From assembly GCA_044345405.1 (NCBI GenBank), contig JBIJBE010000001.1, positions 104,165 through 168,164 of the forward strand: a stretch of DNA of 64,000 bases, given 5' to 3'. The notes under the pieces were generated by a model, which saw only the letters and a list, made by a program, of their open reading frames with translations, was not told where the DNA came from and ran no database searches. A program made the translations under genes and the position numbers. Numbering within the stretch: the stretch's first letter is position 1; the number at the start of each line of letters is the position of its first letter. Source of the DNA: Bdellovibrionota bacterium (GTDB lineage Bacteria; Bdellovibrionota_C; UBA2361; OMII01). Below are positions 39,137 to 49,089 of the stretch, in pieces.

Positions 39137-39427
39137 TTACGCTAAAGCGTCGTTAGCGGCGAACTCTCGAAGCTGAGCTTCGGCTTGTCGCCCGATAGCC
39201 TTTCGAAGGCTCTCGCTGTCGAGGTCAAGAGCCTCGCAGATGAACTTGAATGAAAGTGGAGCGTCAGTTGGTTCCTCGTCCATGAGCCATGAGCGTGCAC
39301 CTTCACGAACGTCGCCCTCGCCACCGATGAAGTCATGGATTGCCCGTTGAAGAACCGCTGCAAGTAATCGCAGTTCGGGAATCGCTGCACCAGGGGTCGG
39401 AACATCAGAATTTGACCAGAATTTCAT
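39137..39427 (-). CDS. Small hypothetical protein, family A (paralog of 29104..29466)
   Basis: SWLMDEEPTDAPLSFKFICEALDLDSESLRKAI aligns with NWIMDATADEPFSFNGVCEALGISPEYLRLGL in the other copy. Confidence 0.5.
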   Translation of the reverse strand: MKFWSNSDVPTPGAAIPELRLLAAVLQRAIHDFIGGEGDVREGARSWLMDEEPTDAPLSFKFICEALDLDSESLRKAIGRQAEAQLREFAANDALA

Positions 39428-40158
39428 GATTGTTGTCCCATCAAAAAGTTATTCATTCCTGACCATCGCTCTCTCCGAAAACATTTTCGTCGAGCTCTTG
39501 AGCCAGAACACCATCCGTTGTCCGTGTATCCAGACACCAGATAAAACCAACCGCGCCGGTCTTCCTCTATGACCATCGTCACACCTCTTTCTTCGTTAGT
39601 GGGATACACTTTCAAAGATGAGAAGGGTGACCGAACGAGGCGACCTCTCTTACGTTCCAGTTCGTTTATCGCGAGGCGTGTAACGCGCTTCCGCGATGCG
39701 ACTTTCAAGTGTTCGCACCGCTTTTGAACCACTCCCAACCCTGACTCAACGGAACAAAAGTCCTAGGCCCATTCTGTTCTTCAACGGAGGGCGCTCTATG
39801 GACTTTTAACTGCTGAGCTACTATCGAGTGCGATTCCCGCTCTAACGGACTGACAACCTAAAAAGGTTAAACCCTGAGCAAAACCGGACCCGGAGAATAA
39901 TCCTTGGGGATCTCGTAGGTCAAGGATTATTTTCGTCGCGACTGAGATACTTGAAGAGTGCTGGTATCTGTCGCCATCTGTCCGTTTATTAGTGGTTGTG
40001 GTACCGCTCGTATGAGCCCGAGCGAGAGGTTTGATCCCGATAGCGCCGGCGGAGCTTCGAGGGAAGGGTGTTTCGGAGCTCATCGGTTGAAAGTTGGCGT
40101 CTATTTCTATATGATTTTCAGCGTCTTAACTAGCCTAGTGGCATAAAGGGTCGCGAGC

Positions 40159-41412
40159 GTGACGAAAATAGCAGTCGATAAAGGAATTGACCTTCTCCAT
40201 CCAGGAAAAGGTGTTCGAGAGCACTTCCCCTTCTTCACCGAGGGGCCCGGAGGATGTTACCTCGATTCCGCGGCGACAACGCAAAAGCCCGCCGTGGTGC
40301 TGGACACGCTCCGTGATGTGCTCGTGAATCATAACGCCAACGTACATCGTGGCGCGTATCGTCTGAGCGCCGTCGCGACTGAGATGTACGACGAGGCACG
40401 TCGAAAGATAGCTCGCTATATTGGCGCGCGCTCCGAACGGTCAATTATCTTCACACGGGGCGCTACCGACGCGATTAATCTCGTGGCGTACGGCTCGGAG
40501 CTTCTCTTCCAACCTGGCGACGTGATCCTTCTCACCCTGCTCGAGCACCATAGCAATATCGTGCCGTGGCAGATGCTCGCTAAGCGCCGTGGGCTCAAGG
40601 TGGTATTCACCGAGATCACACCCGAGGGGCGGCTCGATCTGAACGACTTCAAGGCAAAGCTCTCCTCCTTGAAGCCGAAGTTAGTGGCGTGCACGCAGCT
40701 CGCGAACTCCCTCGGGACGATTACGCCGATAGAGGAGGTGGTGCGGCTTTCAAAAGCGTCAGGAGCGATGACCTTGGTTGATGGCGCGCAGGGGGCCACG
40801 CACCTCGGCGTAAACGTGGAGGAGCTTGGGTGCGATTTCTACGTGTGCTCTGGCCACAAGATGTACGGACCGACCGGAATCGGCGTCCTCTACGGACGAC
40901 CGGAGCGTCTTGAGGCGATGCAACCGTTTCTGGGCGGAGGCGATATGATCTCCTTCGTTAGCGTCGAGGGGGCCGGGTGGGCTGAGGTGCCCCAACGGTT
41001 TGAGGCGGGAACTCCGGCGTTCCCTGAGGCGATCGCCCTCGGGGCCGCGGTTGATTTCCTCTCTCGATTCTCGCGCGCTGAGATTAATCAGCATGAGGTT
41101 GATCTGGTGAAGAGCGCGATACAGCTCCTGAAGGGAGAGCAGGGGGTTACCCTTCACGGGCCAGGCGTTCACGGAGGTGATCAAACCTCGGTGTGCTCCT
41201 TCACGATCGATTGTGTTCATCCGCATGATTTCGCCACTATCGCCGATACCCACAACGTTCAGATCCGAGCGGGCAATCATTGCGCCATGCCCACCCTTCG
41301 AAAGTTAGGGGTCCCGGCCACGGTACGAATGAGCTTTGGGATCTACTCATGCGAGGCTGACTTTCAAGCGGTTGTGAGCGCGGTGCGAGAAGCGCGGAAG
41401 ATGTTTTCGTAA
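40159..41412 (+). CDS. sufS: Cysteine desulfurase, SufS-like (class V aminotransferase group II)
   Basis: YLDSAATTQKP, NANVHRGAY, PLP-Lys SGHKMYGPTGIGVLYG, and a catalytic Cys region near the C-terminus. Confidence 0.85.
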   Translation: MTKIAVDKGIDLLHPGKGVREHFPFFTEGPGGCYLDSAATTQKPAVVLDTLRDVLVNHNANVHRGAYRLSAVATEMYDEARRKIARYIGARSERSIIFTRGATDAINLVAYGSELLFQPGDVILLTLLEHHSNIVPWQMLAKRRGLKVVFTEITPEGRLDLNDFKAKLSSLKPKLVACTQLANSLGTITPIEEVVRLSKASGAMTLVDGAQGATHLGVNVEELGCDFYVCSGHKMYGPTGIGVLYGRPERLEAMQPFLGGGDMISFVSVEGAGWAEVPQRFEAGTPAFPEAIALGAAVDFLSRFSRAEINQHEVDLVKSAIQLLKGEQGVTLHGPGVHGGDQTSVCSFTIDCVHPHDFATIADTHNVQIRAGNHCAMPTLRKLGVPATVRMSFGIYSCEADFQAVVSAVREARKMFS

Positions 41413-41424
41413 GGCGAAGGTCCA

Positions 41425-41450
41425 GGGAGGGCGACCATTCCTCCCTCGAC
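41425..41450. repeat. REP-like hairpin gggagggcgaccattcctccc
   Basis: Family core sequence 13 bp after the sufS stop. Confidence 0.45.
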
Positions 41451-41492
41451 TGCGCTCGGGACAGGCTGCTCGCCGCTCATAGAATCCTACGT

Positions 41493-42074
41493 CTACGTTC
41501 CCCCTCGATTCGAAAGCCGCCGGATCGATACTATCGCGATAAAGTTATAGGTCGCATGGGTCGCCGCCGCGGCAGCGAGGGAGTCGGTGAGAAACCACAC
41601 GAGCCATAGAACCCCACCTACCGCTGAGTAGAGTGGGATCATGCCACCGTAACGCGTAAATGACCCGATAAAATGAACGCACGCGAAGGCGACGCTTGAG
41701 ACGAGGAGCGCCAGCCAGAGGCCGCCTGAGCCGATGATGAGCACGTTAAGGCTTCCTCGAAAAAGCGCCTCTTCGCCTATCCCTGAGAGAACGCCGATCC
41801 AGAACGCCTGGGCGGGGGTGACCCTGCGGCAGAGTGGCACGACGACCTCGCGACTGAATCGCGCGTAGACCGAATCGGGATTGGTACGGGTCCACCGCCA
41901 CAGCAGGTGGTTTCCGATAAGTAGGGGGATAGCCGCGGCTATACCGAGAGCGATCGCCCGAGCGGATGGGTTCCACGCGATATCCAACGAGAAGGTGTAC
42001 GCGAGTAGGTACGCGATGACGACGAGGATCGCCTCAGAGACTATGGCTACCAGTAGGATCGATCCTCGTCTCAT
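41493..42074 (-). CDS. CPBP family intramembrane metalloprotease (CAAX protease / Abi-like)
   Basis: EEALFRG and FACVHF motifs in a polytopic membrane protein. Confidence 0.75.
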   Translation of the reverse strand: MRRGSILLVAIVSEAILVVIAYLLAYTFSLDIAWNPSARAIALGIAAAIPLLIGNHLLWRWTRTNPDSVYARFSREVVVPLCRRVTPAQAFWIGVLSGIGEEALFRGSLNVLIIGSGGLWLALLVSSVAFACVHFIGSFTRYGGMIPLYSAVGGVLWLVWFLTDSLAAAAATHATYNFIAIVSIRRLSNRGGT

Positions 42075-42082
42075 ATCGGGCG

Positions 42083-42670
42083 CTAGGAGATCGGTGCGAG
42101 ACCGAGACAGTCAAGGAGTTTGTAGCTTGCGTGCAGGAGCGATTCGCCCAGCGCGCTTTGTAACTCCGCCGCGAACGCGTAGTGGGCGGTGTTCGTCGCC
42201 GTGTAGCTTTCCTCGCACGCTCTCGTCACCTGTCCTTTGTCGTAGAGCTTCGCCGCCAAAGTTACCGAGGCGGTTGGTTTCCTCATAACGAGTAGGTCAT
42301 ATCCGTTCACGGTGAGATCGCGAATCGTGATCTCAAGCATGCCGCCTGACGCCGTCGTTGGCTCCTCACTGCAGCGATAGCCGCGCATGCCGCACGCGAC
42401 TGAGAGTTGCGTGCGGAGGTCTTTGGCGACAGCGGGGGCGTAGACCCGGGTGAGGGGGATGACGAAGAAGAGGTATTGATGACCAAGGGAGCGGTCGTTG
42501 AATCCCTCTGTTTGAATCCGTATGGGAAGAGCGGAATCAGATACAGAGAGGAGTTTTTCGAGGCCTGAGGGGGGCTCGACTGGTGGAAGTTCTGAGGCGA
42601 AGCAACCGGTTAGGAGCGTTATGAGGGTGAAATTGAGGAGCCACCTGGGCCCGGCGAAGCGTCTTACCAT
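42083..42670 (-). CDS. Putative lipoprotein (hypothetical; LptE-like size)
   Basis: Signal peptide with lipobox LLTGC. 195 aa. Confidence 0.45.
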   Translation of the reverse strand: MVRRFAGPRWLLNFTLITLLTGCFASELPPVEPPSGLEKLLSVSDSALPIRIQTEGFNDRSLGHQYLFFVIPLTRVYAPAVAKDLRTQLSVACGMRGYRCSEEPTTASGGMLEITIRDLTVNGYDLLVMRKPTASVTLAAKLYDKGQVTRACEESYTATNTAHYAFAAELQSALGESLLHASYKLLDCLGLAPIS

Positions 42671-42770
42671 AGAAAAACCCCGTTATTGCCCTTCAGTAAG
42701 AATAGGGCTGTGGGTACGATAGTATAGGAAGGCGTTAAGGACGGATAGCCACGTTGGGCGTGTTCTCTTC

Positions 42771-44105
42771 GTGAGAGCGTGCCACGGTAACGGTATGGAT
42801 ACCAAAGGGGCGAAAAACAGAGAACGGCTCGACCTCGGCTTAGAGGCGATACTCGCCGGAGCTGAGACTCCACGACCTCCCGAGGTTTCGATCGACCTTG
42901 AACTTCCGCACGCGACGCGTGACGGATCCGCATGGACACTCGGAGACGCTCCGCCACAACCACCACCAAAAAGTGAATTCGAGTCCCTCGCCGATGAGCG
43001 GAAATGGTCAGAGCTTGCTCGCCTCGCCGAAGATCGTCTCGCGAGTGGAGACGATGCTGAGGCCAAGGTGTGGTGGATTCGCGCGCATCTCGGCGCCTTC
43101 TCTATGCCCGTGTCGTTTCTCTCCGCGCCCTTCGAGGCTGTGTGTCGCAAGCTTTCGCCAGAGGATGTGACAGGGCCGTTCAAGACCATCCTTGAAGAAA
43201 CGGGTCTGCTTGTTCTGCAACGTCTTCGTGAGGTCAGCGACACCGCGCACCGTAGTGAGGTACGGAGTTCTCTTGAACGACTCGGTATCAGGGAGTCGCG
43301 GGGTGGTCGCGAGCGAGTCGGCACGAGCTCGTTCCGCTCCCTTAAAAGTGTTGTCGCGAGCAATCCGCAAACCTCGGTGGCGGATGTGCCCGATCTTCGA
43401 CCTCCGACCGGCACGCGCAAACGGGTGACGTGGACCGGTGTCTGCGTTCTGGTGGTGGTGTCGCTCCTCGCGCTCGATCGCCTCTTTCCTCATATTCGAA
43501 CGCCTCAACTCGATATCGCCACAGAGGGCTTTGAGCGGCCGCTATTCGGTGTTGAGCAGGTAACCGATACCCCCGGACGTAGAGATCCTGGAGGGCGGCT
43601 AGGTGCTCTCTTTTATTCGATCGGTGAGGGGGGGCAGACGGATTCGTCGACCTCTCCGCGGGTCGCCTCGCAACCTCCCGCGGAGCCTCAACCACGTTCC
43701 GAGGCGAAGGGTGAGAGCCTTCCGCCTCGTTCGAAGGAGGAGGTGAACACGACGGGGCCCGTTGAGGGGCCGGAGTTTCGTGAGCGGATCGAACGGGTCC
43801 GACCGCCCGCTCCCCAGAGCCGTCGGGAGGAGCTTCAAGGTGGTGCGCCTCAAGCCGTCCTCCCAAGCGCGCCAACTCGGGAATTCGACGACCATCGGAC
43901 CTATCGGGTTCTTACGGGTACCTCAGTGCTTTCAGCCCCAAGCTATGGCGGGCGTGTGATCGGCCAACTTGAACCGGGTGATCGAGTCCTTGTTGAGGGG
44001 AAGCTCGGGCGATGGTTGAGGCTCAGATCAAAGAAGGGACGGGGAGGGTATGTCCTGACGGCTGACGTCGAGGAGGTTCTCGCAGGTGAAAGCGCCACGA
44101 ATTAG
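42771..44105 (+). CDS. Membrane-anchored protein with C-terminal bacterial SH3 domain
   Basis: Single TM VTWTGVCVLVVVSLLAL. C-terminal YRVLTGTSVLSAPSYGGRVIGQLEPGDRVLVEGKLGRWLRL resembles SH3b. Confidence 0.5.
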   Translation: MRACHGNGMDTKGAKNRERLDLGLEAILAGAETPRPPEVSIDLELPHATRDGSAWTLGDAPPQPPPKSEFESLADERKWSELARLAEDRLASGDDAEAKVWWIRAHLGAFSMPVSFLSAPFEAVCRKLSPEDVTGPFKTILEETGLLVLQRLREVSDTAHRSEVRSSLERLGIRESRGGRERVGTSSFRSLKSVVASNPQTSVADVPDLRPPTGTRKRVTWTGVCVLVVVSLLALDRLFPHIRTPQLDIATEGFERPLFGVEQVTDTPGRRDPGGRLGALFYSIGEGGQTDSSTSPRVASQPPAEPQPRSEAKGESLPPRSKEEVNTTGPVEGPEFRERIERVRPPAPQSRREELQGGAPQAVLPSAPTREFDDHRTYRVLTGTSVLSAPSYGGRVIGQLEPGDRVLVEGKLGRWLRLRSKKGRGGYVLTADVEEVLAGESATN

Positions 44106-44292
44106 GAGCATCTCTCCCTGCGGGGCTTTTTCCGCGCAGTAATTTTCCCTATTTAGAGGGTCCTCTCGACATGTAACCCCGACTTGCCAGCGCCGTTCGT
44201 GGGGTCTAGACTGCTGCACGCTATAACGATTTTGGCGTTGAGATTGACGAAGTCACCCGGCCGCACTGGCTCTCCGCCATCCGAGGAAAGGT

Positions 44293-46194
44293 ATGCTGAC
44301 ATCACGAGAAGTTCGCGAAAAATTTATTGAGTTCTGGACCCAAGAGCCCCGCAACTGCGGCGTCGTTCCTAATATGTCCCTCGTCCCTAATGTAGACTCA
44401 ACCCTGCTTTTCGTGAACTCGGGTATGTTTCCCCTCGTTCCGTACCTCGGCGGACAACCCCACCCACTTGGGAAGCGTCTTTGTAATATTCAACGGTGTC
44501 TCCGCACAAACTACGAGGACATGCTGGAAGTGGGTGACAACCGCCACACCCTCATGTTCGAGATGATCGGCGACTGGTCCCTTGGCGATTTCACCAAGGA
44601 GCAGCAGATTCCGTGGATCATGGAGCTGTGGGTGAAGGTGTTGGGAATGGATCCCCACCGTCTCTACGTTTCCGTGTTCGCTGGTGATGAAACCGCGCCG
44701 CGCGACGACCTCGCGATCGCGACCTGGAAGAAGGTGTTTCGTGACTACGGCGTTGAGGCCGAGTTCTGCGAGGATGTATACAACGTGCCGCCGAGCCTCG
44801 CCGAGTCGAAGGGATGGAAGTATCACATCTTCCCATACGGCAAGAAAAAGAACTGGTGGCAGCGCGCCGAGGCTCCAGGAGAGCTCGGTGGCCCCACCTC
44901 CGAGATGTTCTATGACCTCGGAACACCTGAGCGCGTTCAGGACAAATATGACATCAACGACGACTCTGGTCGCTTCGTGGAGATCGGCAATAACGTCTTC
45001 ATGGAGTACAAGCTCAACGCGGAGATGAAGTGGGAGCCACTCGCGCAGAAGAATATCGACTTCGGTGGTGGATTCGAGCGCGTGTGCATGATCGTTCAGG
45101 GTAAGAACGAGATCTTCGAGAGTGATATCTACCGTCCTGTCATCGATCGTGTCGCCGCGTTGTCAGGTCGTTCGTACAAGACGGACGGCAAGGACAACGA
45201 GGACACCGCAGCGTTCCGTGTTATCGCGGATCACGGGCGAGCCGCGACCTTCATCCTCGCTGATGGCGTTTCCCCATCGAACAAAGATCAGGGGTATATC
45301 CTCCGCCGTTTCATCCGCCGTCTCGTTCGATTCGGAAAGAAACTTGGGCTTGAGAAGGAGTTCACTGCTGAGGTGGCTGACGCCGTTATCAATACTCTTG
45401 CGCATGCGTATCCTAACCTTGAGGAGAATCGTCAGGTCGTTCTCCAGAAGATCCACGACGAGGAGGTCGCTTTTAATCAAACACTCGCGAAGGGACTCAA
45501 GGAGCTCTCGAAGATTCAGGCGCAGCTTGAGCCCGGAAAACTCATCTCCGGCGATCAGGCGTTCTTTATCTACGAGTCCTACGGCTTTCCGCTCGAACTC
45601 ACACTGGACGAGCTTAAGGTGACTGACGACCAAGCCAAGGAGATCACGAAGGAGTTCGCGGCCGCTGAGAAGCGGCACCGAGAGCTCTCGCGCACGGGCG
45701 CTGAGCAGAAATTTAAGGGCGGCCTTGCGGATCAGTCGCGCGAAACCACGAAGCTTCACACCGCGCATCACCTCCTGCTCGCGGCGATGCAAAAGATCGT
45801 CGACCCCAACATTCGCCAGAAGGGAAGCAATATCACCGCGGAGCGGCTCCGTATGGATTTTAACCTCGATCGTAAGATGACCCCCGAGGAGATCGCCAAA
45901 GTAGAGGAGCTGGTGAACCAGCAGATCAGCGAAAGCTTGCCGGTTGCGCGCGTTGAGATGCCACGCGAGGAGGCTGAGGCTCTCGGCGCTCAGATGGAGT
46001 TCGGCGCGAAGTATCCCGATATTGTGAGTGTGTACTTCGTGGGTGATCAGAAAAATTGGTTCTCCGCGGAGTTCTGTGGCGGCCCACACGTTTCCTCAAC
46101 TGGGGAGATCGCGGAGGGCGCAAAGCGCTTCAAGATCCAAAAGCAAGAGAACGTCGGCGCTGGTATTAAGCGTGTTAAGGCCGCGTTGCTGTAA
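44293..46194 (+). CDS. alaS: Alanine--tRNA ligase, compact form (catalytic plus editing core, no C-Ala domain)
   Basis: N-terminal TLLFVNSGM, QRCLR, FEMIGDWSLGDF. Editing HxxxH (TAHHLLLAAM) and CGGPHV. The protein ends at the ...GIKRVKAALL equivalent of the GVRRIEAVTG end of the editing domain. Confidence 0.8.
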   Translation: MLTSREVREKFIEFWTQEPRNCGVVPNMSLVPNVDSTLLFVNSGMFPLVPYLGGQPHPLGKRLCNIQRCLRTNYEDMLEVGDNRHTLMFEMIGDWSLGDFTKEQQIPWIMELWVKVLGMDPHRLYVSVFAGDETAPRDDLAIATWKKVFRDYGVEAEFCEDVYNVPPSLAESKGWKYHIFPYGKKKNWWQRAEAPGELGGPTSEMFYDLGTPERVQDKYDINDDSGRFVEIGNNVFMEYKLNAEMKWEPLAQKNIDFGGGFERVCMIVQGKNEIFESDIYRPVIDRVAALSGRSYKTDGKDNEDTAAFRVIADHGRAATFILADGVSPSNKDQGYILRRFIRRLVRFGKKLGLEKEFTAEVADAVINTLAHAYPNLEENRQVVLQKIHDEEVAFNQTLAKGLKELSKIQAQLEPGKLISGDQAFFIYESYGFPLELTLDELKVTDDQAKEITKEFAAAEKRHRELSRTGAEQKFKGGLADQSRETTKLHTAHHLLLAAMQKIVDPNIRQKGSNITAERLRMDFNLDRKMTPEEIAKVEELVNQQISESLPVARVEMPREEAEALGAQMEFGAKYPDIVSVYFVGDQKNWFSAEFCGGPHVSSTGEIAEGAKRFKIQKQENVGAGIKRVKAALL

Positions 46195-46555
46195 TAAGCG
46201 TTGCCGCAGCCGCGTGAGCGCGTGTCGGTAAGGATCTTCACGCCAGCCGTATGGTACGAGGGTGTTCTACCTGCCGCCCGTTTCCTGCCCAGCGCTCTCC
46301 CGGTCCCTCTTTCTCGACTCTTTGTCTACGAGCAGGGCTCGGGAACCCTTGGGGACTACGTTGCCGCTCTATCTCTCGCCACCTACTTTCCTCGTCCATT
46401 CACCGTTCACCGTTGATGCCGGATAGCGGAGGCGTTGATTCCCTTCTCCCGGGGCCACAACGATAGTTCTGGCGCCCCAGGTCCGTTATCCCCATACTGG
46501 AAGGGCACCCTCTTTCGTCTCCGTTGAGAGGGGCGCTCTCGTAAAAGGGTTCATC

Positions 46556-46867
46556 ATGCGAATATTTTTGCTCTCTGTAATGGGTTGTCTTCTTGTGCCT
46601 CTTGGGGACGCCGACGCTCAGACCGCCCTTCCTAAGGAGGGTACCTGCCCCGCTGGCTTTTACACGAGTGGGAAGTATTGTGTCCCTATCAAAGATGACG
46701 CGCATCCGGCGATGCTCCGAGCGGGGCAATGCCCAAGCGGATATTACACGAGCGGTAAGTATTGCGTCGCTACCAGGAAGGATGCTCCCCCCGCTGTGCC
46801 TAAAAACGGAACGTGCCCGAGCGGTTACTACACCTCGGGATCGCACTGCCTGAAAAATAAGCGATAG
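46556..46867 (+). CDS. Small secreted protein made of three 29-aa CPxG(F/Y)YTSGxYC repeats
   Basis: Signal peptide MRIFLLSVMGCLLVPLGDADAQ. Repeats CPAGFYTSGKYCVP, CPSGYYTSGKYCVA, CPSGYYTSGSHCLK are seen as 87-bp DNA repeats. Confidence 0.55.
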   Translation: MRIFLLSVMGCLLVPLGDADAQTALPKEGTCPAGFYTSGKYCVPIKDDAHPAMLRAGQCPSGYYTSGKYCVATRKDAPPAVPKNGTCPSGYYTSGSHCLKNKR

Positions 46868-46871
46868 CTCT

Positions 46872-47501
46872 CTAAAAATCGAAGCGATAGATATCGTCGA
46901 TTGGGCTGCCCGGGTCTACCTTGTACAGGCTCTTCAAAAGACCATCGCTAATCCCGTACACCCATCCATGAAGAATGGGACGACGCTCCTCGTGCCAAGC
47001 TTTCTGAATCACATTTGTCTTCATCAAATTCTTGAGTTGCTCGTGAATATTGATCTCCACCAGTTTGTCCGCTTGCTGCTCGAGGTCTCCAGCGTGCGTT
47101 ACTAAGTCCTTGTTGTCGTGATACGAATCCTTGATCTGGCGCAGCCACTCATCGAGAACTCCATATCGGTGAGATGATAGCGCCGCTTTAATACCGCCAC
47201 AGCCGTAATGGCCACACACGATAACGTGTTTAACCTTCAGGTATTCAACCGCGAATGTGAGTACGCTCAAGAGGTTGAAGTCGGTGTGATTGACTAGGTT
47301 GGCGATATTTCTATGGGTGAAGATCTCACCTGGAGCGGTCCCTGTGATCTCCTCCGCGGGCACTCTACTATCTGAGCATCCAATCCAAAGGAACTCAGGC
47401 TTCTGCTCCTTGGCGAGGTCGCCGAAGAAGTTCGGTGAGAGCGACACCTTCTCCTGAACCCACGCTTTGTTGGCCAGAAGGAGCCGCTTGTACTTATCCA
47501 T
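46872..47501 (-). CDS. can: Beta-class carbonic anhydrase
   Basis: CSDSRVPAEE, HRNIANLV, VIVCGHYGCGG zinc-ligand motifs. Start at the Met that gives a canonical N-terminus (MDKYKRLL). Confidence 0.85.
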   Translation of the reverse strand: MDKYKRLLLANKAWVQEKVSLSPNFFGDLAKEQKPEFLWIGCSDSRVPAEEITGTAPGEIFTHRNIANLVNHTDFNLLSVLTFAVEYLKVKHVIVCGHYGCGGIKAALSSHRYGVLDEWLRQIKDSYHDNKDLVTHAGDLEQQADKLVEINIHEQLKNLMKTNVIQKAWHEERRPILHGWVYGISDGLLKSLYKVDPGSPIDDIYRFDF

Positions 47502-49089
47502 GGTTTGTTCCCTTTGAAAACGCTGATAGAAGGTCAAATTTAGTGGAAGGAAAGTTCGTAATGTCGATAGAGATATTTCGGTCGACCGCCGACTCCTTGA
47601 AGTCCTGGAGGAGTTCAAGGATGTCGTGGTCGATGAACATTGCGCCACCGCAGTCGATGACGATCTGCGAGTGGTTCGGCAGACGCGCGAGTGTCCGTTT
47701 GAGGGCTATTTTTTGGAGAAAGGTTACGTCTTTGGCGAATCGGAGATAGTAGTTGTCACCATCGTTAACCACAGTGAACGCCGAGTTGTGGTTCATCACC
47801 AGCACCACGACTAAGCCGAAAATGGTACCGATGAAAACTCCCGTGAGGAGATCGAAGAGGACGACGCCGAGAGCGGTGACCACGAAGGGGAGAAATTGGT
47901 CCAGTCCGCTTCTCCACACCTCTTTTATCAGAGAGGCGTTAGCTAGTTTGTATCCAACTAGGATGAGGATAGCTGAAAGAGCGGCAAGGGGAATCTCATT
48001 GAGGAGTCCGGGAAACGCGAGTACGCTCAAAAGGAGAAGGAAGCCGTGGACCATACCCGATATCCTCGTACGTCCCCCAGAATAGACGTTGGTGCTGCTG
48101 CGCACGATAACAGAGGTCATCGGAATACCTCCAAGGGCTCCCGCCGCGATGTTGCCGATACCCTGGGCGACCAATTCCCGGTTGGGACGAGATATCCGTC
48201 GAAGCGGATCGAGTTTATCGACAGCTTCAAGGCTAAGGAGTGTCTCAAGGCTTCCAATTAGGGCGATAATAAGAGCAGCCGACCACACCTTTGGCGAGAG
48301 AATCCACGTCCAAAGGTCGCCAGGACCCTGCATGAGGAGATCCGTAACGCTGCTGATGGTTGGTATGCTGACGAGTTGTCCCTCTGAAACTGTAAGCGCG
48401 AGACCTGGCGCTACCACCTTCAACACTCCGTTGCAAAGGATGCCGAAGCACACCACTGCGAGTGGGCCGGGAATAATCCTGAATGCCCTTGACGTGCGCG
48501 TGGCAAGCTTTGACCAAGAGAGAAGGAGGGCGAGAGATGATGCCGATATCACCACAGCGATGAGATCGAAGTGTCCCCCCGTTGTGCGGATTTGAGACCA
48601 GAGGCTCTTGAGGCAGAAGGGTGAGAAGAGGCAGAACATACCCTCCTCGGGATTGAAGGTGCTTTTCCAGCCGATCGCGTGCGGGAGTTGTTTAAAGGCG
48701 ATAATGATACCGATTCCCGCTAACATTCCCTTGATAACCGCTGATGGGAAGAACGTCGCGAGGTGTCCCGCGCGAAGCCCTCCAAGAATGAGTTGAAAGA
48801 CCCCAGAGAGGATAGTTGCCACCAAGAGACCTTCAAATGAGCCTATCGATTGGGTCGCGCTTATCACGGTAACGGTGAGACCCGCCGCGGGCCCACTCAC
48901 ACTGAGTTCGCTACCCGCCAGAAATGAGACCAAAATTCCGGCGATGATACCGGTTATTAGCCCAGAGATAGGTGGAGCTTCCGAGGCCACAGCTATTCCA
49001 AGGCAGAGAGGGAGGGCGACAAGGAACACCACGAAGCCAGCGCTGATGTCTTGGCGGAGGAAGTCAAACCGGAGGCGGGTTGCGATCAT
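47494..49089 (-). CDS. SulP family anion transporter with C-terminal STAS domain (BicA-like)
   Basis: N-terminal FDFLRQDISAGFVVFLVALPLCLGIAVAS. Many TM helices. C-terminal STAS-like region. 8-bp overlap with the can start. Confidence 0.85.
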   Translation of the reverse strand: MIATRLRFDFLRQDISAGFVVFLVALPLCLGIAVASEAPPISGLITGIIAGILVSFLAGSELSVSGPAAGLTVTVISATQSIGSFEGLLVATILSGVFQLILGGLRAGHLATFFPSAVIKGMLAGIGIIIAFKQLPHAIGWKSTFNPEEGMFCLFSPFCLKSLWSQIRTTGGHFDLIAVVISASSLALLLSWSKLATRTSRAFRIIPGPLAVVCFGILCNGVLKVVAPGLALTVSEGQLVSIPTISSVTDLLMQGPGDLWTWILSPKVWSAALIIALIGSLETLLSLEAVDKLDPLRRISRPNRELVAQGIGNIAAGALGGIPMTSVIVRSSTNVYSGGRTRISGMVHGFLLLLSVLAFPGLLNEIPLAALSAILILVGYKLANASLIKEVWRSGLDQFLPFVVTALGVVLFDLLTGVFIGTIFGLVVVLVMNHNSAFTVVNDGDNYYLRFAKDVTFLQKIALKRTLARLPNHSQIVIDCGGAMFIDHDILELLQDFKESAVDRNISIDITNFPSTKFDLLSAFSKGTNHG

